Part shown: positions 39,304 through 52,109 of the stretch, piece by piece
How the letters are laid out: each line of letters starts with the position of its first letter
Numbering within the stretch: the first letter of the stretch is position 1
DNA from: Pecten maximus
Taxonomy: Eukaryota
Assembly: GCF_902652985.1 (NCBI RefSeq)
Contig: NC_047017.1
Coordinates: forward strand, 19,592,001 to 19,656,000
DNA length: 64,000 bases
Direction of reading: 5' to 3'
Notes under the pieces: model-generated
What the model saw: only the letters and a program-made list of their open reading frames with translations
Database searches by the model: none
Told to the model about the DNA's origin: nothing
Position numbers and translations under genes: made by a program

Positions 39304-40718
39304 TTGGGTCGTAAAGCTCTTTTTGCCCTACGTTCAAAGTGTAATAATTTGAACTTAAATGTAAAAACTATGTTGCATTTGTTTGATACTTATATTAGCA
39401 GTATTCTTTGCTATGCCTGTGAAGTATGGAGTACTCATAATGCTTTGGAAGTTGAAAAGGTACATTTAGAATTTTGTAAAAACTTACTGGGCGTTAAAAA
39501 ATCTACCTGTAACGCTATGATTTATATCGAACTTGGGCAACTCCCACTGAAGAATATGCAACTTAATAGAATGTTAAAATTTTGGTTTAAATTGTTGAAT
39601 TCTGATAATTGTATACTAAGAGAGGCTTACAACTTGCTCTACATGGAAATTGAGAAAGAGAATCCAAAACAGAATTGGCTCTTGCATGTGAAGCACAAAT
39701 TATTTAAACTTGGATTTGGATATAAATGGTTACGTCAGTTACCTTCTGATATTGTTTATATGCCTATTATAAAAGAAAGAATTAATGACCAGGCCTCTCA
39801 GACATTGTTTAACTCATTACATATGTCGAGTAAATGTGATCTATACAAACATATGGTTAATAAAGTAACACTGCAATTCTACCTCACCAAATCATTACCA
39901 AGTCAATTGAGAAAAATGATAACAAAATTGAGACTTTCAGCACACAATCTAGCTATAGAATCAGGAAGGTATAGGAATATTCCCAGGTGTCATAGGTATT
40001 GCATTAACTGTAATTCTTTAGAAGTTGAGGATGAATTTCATTTTTTACTCGTATGTCAAAAATATTCAACTCTTAGAGGAAAATATATAAAGATATATTT
40101 TTGGAAAAAACCTTCAGTCTTCAAAGTAATAGAATTACTGAACACAAATAGTCATAAAGAATTGAATTTGCTAGGAAGATTTATCAAAGAAGCTTGTGGT
40201 TGCAGAATTGTGTAAATATACTCGGTTTGTGTAGGTGTTGAGTTTTGATGTAACACGTTATTGCATAATAGTGTACTTATAATTGTTTAACCTCCCGGTG
40301 TCCGTCTGTCGTGTTTACCAAATGGTATTATCTGATACTTTTTTGCCATGTCTCTCTGACTGACTGTTATAAAAGTTCTCCTAGAATCCTTATTCTGTAA
40401 CAGTGTAATATAATTAGTATCAATTCTGTGATTGGGCGCAGCCCTTGTAAGCCCTTGTAAGATTAAGTGGAATAAAATGTATTTTTTGCTGATGTTGCCA
40501 GTAGACAATATGGTTGATTAATACTCCTCATAATATAGTACATATGTCGGTTAATCGGTTTCCGTATTTAATTATAATAAGTCAATTACGTTTTGTAATT
40601 TTATTATAATACATGTTGTATCCATTTATATATATATACATATATAAATACATGTATATTAATTTATGTACTGATGGGTCATAGACCTAAAGTCAATAAA
40701 TTAATTGAATTGAATTGA
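39304..40718 (+). mobile_element. 5'-truncated non-LTR retrotransposon (RTE-X-like): post-RT region, CCHC finger and 3' UTR
   Basis: ORF to 40215 with YACEVW, FCKNLLGVKKST, LRLSAHNLAIESGRY and CINC..EDEFHFLLVC; ends AATAAA followed by an (ATTGA)n tail. Confidence 0.85.
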
Positions 40719-41152
40719 GTTCCTTCCTACACCTCTTCTTGTTGTACTTGATAGTTAGCCATACTGAGAATGATGCATTTTCTGGTGATAGACTGTTATA
40801 TATACTTATTTTTAAACTTGGGTGTTCAGTGCATGGCATGTAGCTTGGGTGTTCAATTTTCTTCATTAGCTTAAATTAGTTACAACATCTCTCCTGAAGA
40901 TGAAGATAGCCTAATTAGTGACACCTCTCCTGAAGTTGATGATTTGTAATATGGGGGATACATATAAAAATAAGTCAATTATATCAAAAATGTTAAAATA
41001 TAAATAACTTAAAACAATTTATCATCTTATTAAAGTGCACGTTTTATTTTTTAAATTCAAACCATCTGTGAATATATGGATAAATCTATTATTTTTTATT
41101 TATTTGTCAACTGATATATTCAGTAATAGACACCTTAATTTACCTGTACAGG

Positions 41153-43750
41153 AGGTGCTGGACGCAATATGTCGTACCAAAGTAGGTAAGGCGGCTGGAG
41201 TCGACGGTATTCCGGCGGAAGTGTTAAAAAACGACGCCTGCGTGGATATCATGTTCTCATTGATCAGCTATTGTTTCGACCATGGAATCGTCCCTGATAA
41301 ATGGAAGCAGGGTATCATCAACCCTCTTGTCAAACCAAATAGTACTGATCCTATGGACCCTTTGTCTTACCGAGGTATAACCCTATTGTCCGTTCCTTGT
41401 AAAGTTTATTGCGATATCCTCAACCGTCGTCTTTCTTCCTGGCTAGAGGAAAATAATATCCTACACGACGCGCAGAATGGTTTTAGGAAGGATAGAAGTT
41501 GTCAGGACCACGTGTATTCGCTATACAGCGTCGTGAAAAATCGCATCAACGCTAAACAGTCGACCTATTCATGCTTTATAGACCTACGCAAAGCCTTTGA
41601 TACGGTCGTCAGAGACTGTTTATGGTATAAACTTCTACAGACTGGAATAAAAGGTGAGATTTTCAAGGCTGTTTTTGCTCTTTATGATGGTGTTTCTTGC
41701 TGCGTGCGCGTCAACAACCTACACACTGATTGGCTATCTGTGTCACGTGGGGTAAAACAAGGTTGTTTAGCCTCCCCAACACTCTTTACAATTTACATTA
41801 ATGACTTGACTGAGGAACTTAACGCTTCAGAATTTGGTATTGACATCGATGGTGTCTTGCTTAGCTGTCTCTTTTACGCCGACGACATTGTGTTAATGAC
41901 GTCATCAGAAGAGGGTCTCCAATCCCTTCTGAACATTGTCTCATCTTGGTGTTCTCGATGGCGCCTTTCTGTTAACGCTGGAAAGACTAAAGTCATGCAT
42001 TTTAGACATAAAAGTAAACCTGCTACTCAGTTTTCGTTCACCTGTAATGGACACTCTCTTGAACGTAAAGACCGTTATAAATACTTAGGACTCTGGTTCG
42101 ACGATTACGCCGATATGAACATCGCGGTGAAAGAACTGTCTAAATCCGCAAGCCGAGCCCTCGGTCTCCTCATCTCTAAGTTTTATAGTGCCGGTGGAAT
42201 GACTTATTCAGTATTCACAAAGTTATATGAGAGTCTTGTTGAGCCTGTCCTTCTTTACTGTTCCGGTATTTGGGGACAGCCCCAAAGAAAAGAGATAAAC
42301 AATGTCCAAAATCGCGCTATGAGAGTTTCATCCAAGAACACCTCTAACGTCGGCATGTTTGGAGACATGGGATGGTTATCTACGCAAAGTAAGCAACACA
42401 TCGAAGTATTTCGTCTATACTGTCGAGTTAACTCTGTTAATAGTGATCGTTTACTCAATAAAATTCATTTGTGGTCCAAGCGGAGAGGAACTTCCTGGGA
42501 TTCGCGGGCACTTCGGCTTAGCCGCAAATATGATTCCCAAGACATCGTAGGATCTGGATCCAAACCCACGAAACAAATCATGAACATGATCAAATCTAAA
42601 ATTAGACATAAAGACGAAAGTGAGTGGTTTGGCCAGATGTGGAATGACCGTGGCAACCCTAATGGAAATAAATTACGGACTTACAGGATTTATAAGAAAG
42701 ACCGAATAACCGAGCAATATGTGAACATTTACATGCCTAGAGCTTACCGAAGCGCGCTAACCAAGGTGAGATGTGGTAGTGCACCATTAATGGTAGAGAC
42801 TGGTCGCTACAATAGACCTCCTACTCCATTAAACGAGAGATATTGTCCGTTCTGTGAGGATGTAGTCGAAAACGAAATGCATTTTTTGTGTGTCTGTAAT
42901 ACATATAGTGACTTAAGAGTTAATCTTTTTAATCAAATGGAACATAGTGATGTAAATTTTAAAAATTGTGATCATATTGGAAAGTTTAATTTATTAATGA
43001 CAAATTCAGATGTCCAATTTTTACTTGCCAAAACTGTATTTTTAATGTTACGTAGAAGAAGAACGTTTATGCAATTTATTTAATATCTGTTTCTTATTTT
43101 CCGTGTCTGTTAATAGCCTTTTAATTCATAAAATTGATATAGTTAAGACACATTTTATAATTATTTTATGTTGTCTATGTTTTTTTAGTCATAATGATAT
43201 CCACATATATCTTATGTATAAATTTATAAATTTTATGATGATAGTATTAGCATGTACATAAATGATAGAGATGTTGATATTTATACCATATCTAACCTGT
43301 CACTCTGAAAGAGTATTCAGTGATGGGATTTGTGCGACTTGTCGGTAGGGATAGGCTCAACCACTCTCGTACTTCTCCCATCACTGGCTTTGGTACAAGT
43401 GTATTTTCAAACAAGTACTAGTCATAATATAGTTGCTATCATTTTTAATTATTTATACATTCCGTCCATATATGTGCGTATGCAGTTATATTTTAAACCC
43501 GATAATGACTCTTTTAAGAACTAGATCTTTGTACTTTTAGTTTGTCTATTATGATTTCTGATTCGTATTGATATATTGTATGATATTATATATTTATTTA
43601 ATAGTGTATATAGATAATGTTCTAATAGTGTCTCATAAGCCAAAATTGGCTGGATGTCGATATCAATTTTATGCTAAGTCTCAAATGCTGTTTTATTATG
43701 ATTGTATTGACATGTGACACTTTAATAAAATATGATTGATTGATTGATTG
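41153..43750 (+). mobile_element. 5'-truncated non-LTR retrotransposon (RTE-X-like) with an open RT domain
   Basis: ORF to 43083 with KAAGVDGIP, YRGITLL, QNGFR, FIDLRKAFD, GVKQGC, YADD, YKYLG and a CCHC finger; no endonuclease domain. AATAAA plus (GATT)n tail. ATTTACCTGTACAGG occurs on both sides (41138-41152, 43766-43780). Confidence 0.92.
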
Positions 43751-43959
43751 GTAACTGGAACGTTGATTTACCTGTACAGGTAGCAGTTAACTTAAATGTT
43801 AAAACAACACTCCTCCTAAATTGTTTACATAAGGTTTTGGGAGAACCAGGATATATATTTTTCAGTTTTGGGAGAAACAGGATGACACCTTCTAACGAAC
43901 TCACTTTAATCATTGCCTTCGGCCTCGGGAAACAGTTCACCTGGTACCAACACCTCGTG

Positions 43960-44495
43960 AAAACAGTTTTTATTGAAGACGTTTGCACGAAATATGAAAT
44001 TTTAACAGATGCTAAATTCGGGTTTCGTCCTGGATTGAGCACTATTGATGCTATTATTCGCATTACATTCAATTATAACCAAAACATTATCGTCTAAGAA
44101 ACGTTTACACTGCTGTTTTGTTGATTTTAGACAAGCTTCTGACTTTGTAGATAGGTTAAGTTTATGGCGTAAGTTGACTAGGCTTGATATTCGCGGTAAC
44201 ATTTTACTTATTTTTAAGTCGCTTTATAAATCAGTCAAATCTTGCGTTTCGCATAATGGTCGATGTTCTATTTTTTTCGAAAACAATGTCGGATTAATGC
44301 AAGGGGAAATTCTATCACCTCTTTTGTTTTCACTTTTCGTAACCGATTTTGAAACTTCTTTTATAGAGAGTGGTGCTAAAGCCTGTGATTTCGGTGAATT
44401 AAGCTTATTTCTCCTTATGTACGCAGATGATATTGTCATGATTTCTGAATCGGTGGAAGGTCTTCAAAGTCTTTTAGATAGCCTATATGATCTAT
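43960..44495 (+). mobile_element. Frameshifted internal RT fragment of another RTE-X-like LINE
   Basis: FGFRPGLSTIDA / CCFVDFRQA / GLMQGEILSPLLFSLF / YADD spread over two frames. Confidence 0.85.
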
Positions 44496-46148
44496 ACATT
44501 GCATATATTAAGCATCACTCATACATGATTTCTAGTGTTTTGTTTGAACAAATACGAACATGTAATTCGAAAAAAATGTTTGTTACATTTAGTAATGGGT
44601 TGAACTTTGACAAATAATGACACGAAAAACATGTAACGTGTCCTTTTGTAGGTTGAAAGTCGACACACCAACCAATGAAAGCTAAAGAAAAAGTCCAAGT
44701 TTGAGTAAATTTTAATTCCGGAGACGTCGGCATGTTATAATGACGTGACGTCATCGTTCTGTCCATTGTTCGATTGTTCTACGTCATTTATTTTCAAATC
44801 CAAGTTTGTTCAAAATCTCGCTTGGCACTTCCTAAGGAGAATCCTGTGGCACTCAATGGGTTTGACAACGTAACATATCAAAATCATGAAGAAAGGATCT
44901 TCAAACTCAATGGTGAGATATTCTATTTAACCTGGTTCATTCTGGCGAGTACATTTATTTTTTAAGTAAAACGACAGGGAGCGATATCATAATTGTCAAC
45001 GCGTCGGCAACATAACATTTCAGTGAAATCACGCTATAAAATGGAACTTTTACGCTTTCTGATTGGTTAAGATTTTTTTTCATACCACTCTGAAAAGAAT
45101 TCCGAGAATGGCGCGGAAAATGTGACGTCACAATACGACAATTGACGTTGCGTATTAATTTGAGAAAAAGAACCCCATATAAAACCAGTAAAATTGTACA
45201 TAAAACATGTTTTAAATTAGAGAATTATTTTCAAAAATAAATTACAAAAAAATGTGTATAAGCGTTGATGTCAATTATTTTTAGTTTCATAGGGGTATGA
45301 ACCTTTTTTTGTGATAACCATCTGTTGATAAGATATTATTGTGTAAACCACAATTACCTGTTTATGTCTCGCCCGTCATGTTGGTTCAGGTTTGGTAAAT
45401 GATGTTGAAATAACAGAAAAAATAACATCAATATGTTGAAAATGAAAATGTTACTAGATTGGTACCCTTTGACTTTTTAACTGATTAGTTTTAAATTGAA
45501 ATTTACAAAATTAAAATTAAGAGTAAACTCATCTGTAAATCGAGATGTCCATACTATGATAAATTATATAGGCTTGATTGTCACTGCAACTAGATAGTCA
45601 GACAAAATTTACCGAACATCAAACATAAACAAAATATTGCACTACTCGTGTTGTCATGTTCAAAGTAAATTGCAGGCGGTGTTAAATGAGAAACATGGTT
45701 TAGATAGACTTGCTTGTGTGTCTTCTAATTAAGGGACACTGAGAGAGCAGAACTATCCCATTGTAATGCTCGTGATCTTCAATCTCTCCTTCTTTTCCTC
45801 ACTACTCAGATTTTGTGTTTTGTTTTCTTCTCTAGGTGTCCCCTTGACACTTGTCCTCATACGACCCTTCATGACTGTTGCGAGAACGTCCCAAAACAAA
45901 ACAAATCATTGATTGTTATATGTGCGTGTCCTATGTGCAATGGTGAATTCATTTGTAGCTTGTAAGAAATCGAGTTACGCGACCTATGCTATTTTTGTCC
46001 TGTTCTATAAATGATTCATGGGTATTATGTTTCAAACAGAAGTGTTTAAAATATGATCGAAGTGAGAAACAGACCGTAGCGATAATTCACGGGCATCTTA
46101 ATAGAGCGAAACCACACCACTTGACAACATCCAGAGAGAAAGACGACA

Positions 46149-49100
46149 ATGGCAAAACGTACACCAAACAATGTCCTTATCAAGACGAAGGAGATGCATA
46201 CGGGCGGAGAACCCTTAAGGATAGTCGAGGCTGGATTTCCTGCTCCTAAGGGCGACACCATATTGGATAAGATTCGCTACACCCGGGAACATCTCGACCC
46301 TTACAGGAAATTACTGATGAGCGAACCTCGCGGCCATCGTGACATGTTTGGCGCGTTGTTGGTAGAGCCGGATGACAAGGACGCCGACCTGGCCACAATG
46401 TTTATACATAACGCGGGCTATAGTACGATGTGTGGACACGCAGTTATCGCCCTTGGACGATATGCCGTAGATTCGGGATTAGTCCGGAACCCTTCCAGTC
46501 CGGAGACCCGCGTGGCGATCCAGTGTCCATGCGGACTGGTGGAGGCGTTCGTGGAGTATAAAGGTGGAAAGACCGGAAACGTCCGATTCAACAGTGTCCC
46601 GGCTTTTGTCTTCGCAACAAGTAAAACTGGCTAGGTTATTTCTTTAAAATAAGCGTTCAAAATACACACAAGATATTAGAACATTTCAATTCAAATTGGT
46701 AGTCAGATAGAGCATGGTCAAAATTTGACATTAAACTTCTTTTCTTGCATAATTTAATGGCTAAAATACAGTTATCAACATGTTTAATTTGAACTGTTAC
46801 GTCGACTTCAATATAGAAATGTTGCAGTTGATTACATGGTCAACGTAATGACCAACGACACAAATCAACAAACAAACGTAACCGGTCAGCTTAGAAACAG
46901 TTAAACAAACAAATAACGTGTGTTGCAAACAAAAATCAAATCAAAATGTTGATAAATATAAAATTATTTTTGATCAGTGCTTGGTTTATCATCTAAACGG
47001 GAAAGATTTACTGTCAATATTTTATATCTACAGTCACATGTTAACGACATTTTGACTATGAGTGCGAAAGCATTATGAAGGTGCTTTTTTTTCTCTCACT
47101 AAAAAGCATAAACGAGGTCAAGCTTTTGTTAATATATATGAGGCGTGAAGTAATTGTCTGCTTTATCGTACATAAATGTGGGACAAGTCGGGACCTTTTC
47201 AATATTTATGCCCTTAATTGCTATTTACTTAATATTCTTCCTACTCACGACTTTTTATCTGAGAGATCTTCACGGCCCGCTTGTGAAGAGTGCTATACTA
47301 TTTATTAGTCAGTTCGGTCTCGAGCTGGACAAAACGATAGTCCTGTAACACAAGAGGCAGCTGGTCGGCGATAAATTACCTGACGTTATCGTTCTGTCAA
47401 CCTCTGCGTAGTAGACAATAATTGGTAGTGTAAATATGAAATATTAAATCGCATTGAAAGGCTCTTCTTTCATAGGCGACGAACATGTGGCAACCCCGTT
47501 ATTCGCGTCAAAAACAAGAACTATTCGTAATTTTATGCCTTTTCTCTCCCGTATTATCAGTATGACAGTCCAAATTCTGAGAAGCAATTGAGTTCTTATG
47601 CCAATGTCTCAAAAAGGTTTTTATCCCTAAATACACCGAAATTTATTATATCTGTATGGGGCGTGTTATGCATAACATAATACAATGCATTTATTTTCGG
47701 TTTTGTTTGAATAAAAATGATAATTTTAGAGAAGCTGACTCGTCCATTATCCTTAATTTCGAGACATTCGACCATAGATTCTGGTTGATATTCCGTAAAA
47801 GATGTTTACAATGTGATCTAGATCTAAATATGTACACACGCGAAACTTTAAAGTTAAACGTTGACATCGACGATCTAAGTACCAATAGTCTCTTTGACGG
47901 CGACTTGCAGGCCAGACAAAACTAGCAATGGCGAAAATGACACTAAAAATAAATGTTGGACGTCATGGAGACAAGGGAAAAACAAACGAATAAGGTCAAG
48001 TTTGGGATCAATTATTGGTAGGATAATTTCCATCGCTCCTCCCATAAAAGTGAAAGTTATAGGAGATTGAGAGACTTCCTTGTTGAGCTTAAGAATCTGG
48101 GTTGTGGTTGTCGCCAAAGAGGAATCCTTCGTGAAAGAGGAAAGAGTGTAACATATAAAGTGTGGGTCACCTTACTAGAGCATATGGTTGAAGTTGTACG
48201 CTTAGAGAGTATGCTAGAGGTCGCTAGTTTGGTCCCAGATAAGATAGGTTATTGATACACTGATTCCATGAAAATCACACTCAACACAATTCCCAACGTT
48301 TCGGAACATCCTGCAAGTCTTTAGTGGAGTCACCAATCACATTCTCTTAATGATGTCAATTTGATTTTCCGTGTTCATAGACATTTTATCTTTTGCATTC
48401 AGGTATAAATGTGGAGGTTCCGGGGTATGGTCACGTGATTGCAGACATTGCTTATGGAGGGTCTTTTTTCGCCTTTGTGACTGACAGCCAGTTCAACTTC
48501 CGGTTGACAGAGGTTGCTCCGGAAGTCGTTAAAGCTGCTGCAGCGGCCACAACGGGTAATTCAAATTATCGATAATGCCGAGTTTGACCACCACCACGTG
48601 CGATTTTTAACATATTGTTGCAAAAGCTACAAAGACCAAGGATACTTTTAAAACATAAACCACACCAATTTCTAGTAACAAAGACAAAGTTGAAACAGAG
48701 AATATGTTTTCTGATTTTGATCTTGACCATGTTTAATTCTAATCCGGCCCAAGTGACCGTACCTCTCTTTAACATTCAATACTCCAATCTAGCTACACAA
48801 TTTGTATTTTACCTAGACGCCCTGAAGAAGCAGCTGAAACTTAGTCATCCCAAGAGTAACGACCTCGCCTTCCTGTTCGGTACCATCATAACAGACGGGC
48901 AGGATGAGCGGACGGACATTTCGTCAACACATCTGTGTGTTTGCAGAGAAACAGGTGTGTTACCATCGGCTACATTTTAATTTTAGTTAAGACAGGAACG
49001 GGGCACAAATCCCTAACCAACGATCCATATATTATGTATTACACAGGCAAACATGTCTTCATGTTAATTCAGGTCAAATTGAGGCCAAGCTCAGGTCTTA

Positions 49101-49938
49101 TTGACCTAAATAGAGCAGAATAGTCGATTCATATCAAGAAATTGATCTGAATTTGACCTGAAATTGACATGAAAATTTCACCTCAATTCACATGAAGATT
49201 AATGACCTTGAAATTGACCTCGTTTTCAGGTTATTTTCAGGTCAATTTCAGTTCAATATTTGTTCATGTCAAATTTACCTCAAGACATTTTTCGTGTGTA
49301 TATGCTACATATAAGTTGATATGGACCGTGGGATGGGAATTTGTGTCAAGACCCTGTGAGGCTAGGAGTAATCCTTTACGAGACCCTGTGGGGCCTAGAA
49401 TAATCCTTAACAAAATGAATGGGGCGCCGTTTTACTTTCTGTTCCATTTAAGCGATACCACTAATATCATGAAGCATACATTCTGATTAAGCATTTTATG
49501 TATTTTTTCGAGGGCGTCGGGTTGGGGTAGTAGAATTTTTATAATTGTATTTTTGCGTTGGATTATTATTAACTATTTCACTACAATGAGTGTGGGTTAA
49601 GTGAAAACTTAAATACAAATTAGAAAATGTATATAATAAGATTGTTTTTCTCGTGATTATTTTCGGAAACTTTACAGCTTGACAGATCCCCTTGTGGTTC
49701 TGGCACGACTGCTAGGATGGCGCTACTGTACCACAAAGGGTGCTTCCAGCTCGGCCAGTCTAGAACTTTCAGGAGCCATATTAAATCCGAGTTCCGGGCC
49801 AAGGCTGTACAGGAAGTGACGTGTGGCGAATACAAAGGGATTGTGGTAGAAATATCCGGAAAAGGGTACTACTGTGGATCTTCAGAGTTTTTCGTGGAGG
49901 AGGATGACGTCATAGGACGGGGGTTCTTAATTGAATAG
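46149..49938 (+). pseudogene. Proline racemase family gene F (L3HYPDH-like paralogue, Cys/Cys type); 2-bp deletion in exon 3, otherwise intact
   Basis: Exons 46149-46620, 48403-48555, 48817-48954 (138 nt versus 140 in E) and 49678-49938 (LDRSPCGSGTTAR). May be a functional gene if the deletion is a sequencing error or if the GT at 48957 is used as donor. Confidence 0.7.
49042..49298. mobile_element. Non-autonomous CAC-terminated TIR element (CMC/EnSpm-like) in intron 3 of gene F
   Basis: TA|CACAGGCAAACATGTCTT ... AAGACATTTTTCGTGTG|TA, with many TGACCTGAA / TTCAGGTCA subterminal repeats in both orientations. Confidence 0.6.
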
Positions 49939-51529
49939 TGTTGATTTAGAATTAAAGGATAATCGCACACACAATGACAAACACTACAAAAACGCACGTG
50001 TTCGATAATGACAATCATTAAAGGGTTTTGGACACAGAGTATTTTTCCATTTTCTGTTAGCCCGACCCCATAAATGTAGAAACCGACCTCACGTATAGAT
50101 CCGAGGTTTGTGATTCGATCCCTACATGGGCTTCCGAGGAAGATGAAATTACCGAACGTCTTCAAGGTCCTGCAATGTTATGGTTTTGACCTTGGAAAGA
50201 CATTTTGCTCATGTTGTTTTGGTTAGGGTGTGGCGCCTATTTTACTAGGGTGTGGCAGGCCTGCTGAGTGTTGTTCCGTGTTGTTGCCACTAACTACTAC
50301 AATCAGACTCCTGCATCGAAATGACACTGGCTAAAATACGAGTAAGGCTGGACATTTATAAATTACATGAGTTTTTGTGACTGATGTATATGTAACTTCA
50401 ATAAAATATATTTTATCAAAATAAAACTTAGCATACCAAGGAATCGGGTGTGTGCTGGGTGCCGGTCAGGTGCGGGATGAGGAGGACAGAAAACCCACTC
50501 ACTTCACCCACTACCATTGACAACACGTGCATAAATAGTGGTGAGCTGTTAGAGTTGTCTCTCTTTGACCACAGGCAGTGATTGATGATCTTGGTCAAAG
50601 TTTTCACTATTACTATATTAGAAAATCATTTGGCAAGTCGACTTCAGTAACGATTTTGCAAGTCACTTGCTGGACAGAATAATTTTATGAACATATACAT
50701 AATAAATATGGATTAAATCTGTTGAGGTGTTCACAACTTTCGACATTGATATTATTGTGTCCTCTTCAGGAAGTGCTAAACAAACGTGACGGGAGAATTT
50801 GGCTACTGAATGTGTTTTGATGTCAGTCCTCTGCCCAAACTCATCCCGGTTTCAAGCGGTCCTTAGTTTAGAGAAATTGTTTAAATTTAAATTTTTCGTA
50901 GGAAATCATTACAGAATTTAAGGCAAAATAGCTAAAGAACCTTCCATAAACTCTTAATTTCCTATGGGACACGTTAAGTCAGAAATTTCCTTGAGTTAAG
51001 GAATGTGGATGAAATCGGGGCTTGGTGCCAGGTGTAGAACTGGTGTTATGGTACTATGTTGTAACTATGCCACGGGTACTCGAAAACTATAGGTCATTAT
51101 TTCAGAACGGAACGGACGGGACAGGCGAACATGGGTATCACTAAATGTCCCCTCCCCATTCCACACTTTCTAAAAAAGATCGGGCATAAAGTCAAAGCGA
51201 TAACCGATAACCAATTCGCACACTTTTGATAACACCTATATGTTAAGTGTAGCTCTAAATGCCGATATGACCGTCTTCTCGAACATTTTAAAAATAACGG
51301 CGCTTGCCAACAATTGGAAGTGTGGGGAGGGGGAAGTGGGATCGCATAATGGTGATATTGAGGACACTTTATGGAATCCTGACAAAATGACTGTTTTTTT
51401 GTTTTTGTTTTTCTTTTTTTTTCTCTCCATAAAATAACAGATTATCCCGATTTTATGCCACATCTGATGACTGTGTGAAAGAACGTGTAAATGTTATGAC
51501 GCAACTATAAGTTCTTTACAGTGTGTTTG

Positions 51530-51740
51530 CTGGGTTTATCACCCCGTGAACAACCAGGGTCATATATGAGGTTTCCTTGTAGTAGTTGGTAACTACCTCA
51601 CTGAAGAAAATACGGGAGGCCCGTCAGATGTTATCCAGAACAATAAGGGTAAAGTGTCTTGCCCAAAGACACAATCATGACAGCAGAGACCGACACGGGA
51701 AGGGAGGGTCGAACCACAGCGGAACCATCGGACGGATAAC
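51530..51740 (-). mobile_element. CORE-type SINE
   Basis: GGTAAAGTGTCTTGCCCAAAGACACAA core, GGGTCGAACC B-box remnant, and a tail shared with copies near 28200 and 62560. Confidence 0.65.
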
Positions 51741-52109
51741 AACACGTCCGACTTCATATCGCTAAGGAAATAGATTATTCCCATCAAACGACATCACTGT
51801 TTCGGCCATAAACTTTCAGGTAGTTTTCATACCACATGTATCTTTCAAAACCACGTGTTGTTGGGTATTTTTTTCCGTTGGTAGTCGACATATCCCATAG
51901 AAATCATGATAATGGGAACAAACCCTTTAATATCGAACTAACAAATGGGAAACAGAAATAATTACGCTCTGTACCATACAATTTAGCTGTAAAGATCGAG
52001 GTAAGCTGGTGTTAAAGTATTTGGTATCCTTTAAGAGCTCTACAGGGTATCAGATCATTTATGATTGTTAAACGTCCTATCATCAACAGCTAAGGTAATT
52101 TAAGGAGGT

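Noticed and set aside
44990-45310. Possible Crypton-like element (TGATTGG, TGACGTCA motifs); similar impression at 29210-29320
   Set aside because: No definable termini or coding remnant by eye.
47880-48340. Possible Penelope-like remnant with a degenerate hammerhead (CTAAAGA...CGAAACGTT, minus strand) in intron 1 of F
   Set aside because: Core is mutated, stem II is poor, and there is no RT or GIY-YIG motif.
13541-49938. Recent horizontal transfer or bacterial contamination as source of the racemase-like genes
   Set aside because: Three conserved spliceosomal introns, animal L3HYPDH-type motifs, and embedding among animal genes and repeats.
50730-50775. Hammerhead-like core on the minus strand (CTGAAGA-G-GACA..TGTC-GAAA)
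   Set aside because: Stem II is plausible but I could not close stem I or find a UH cleavage site; would need an Infernal or RNAMotif search.
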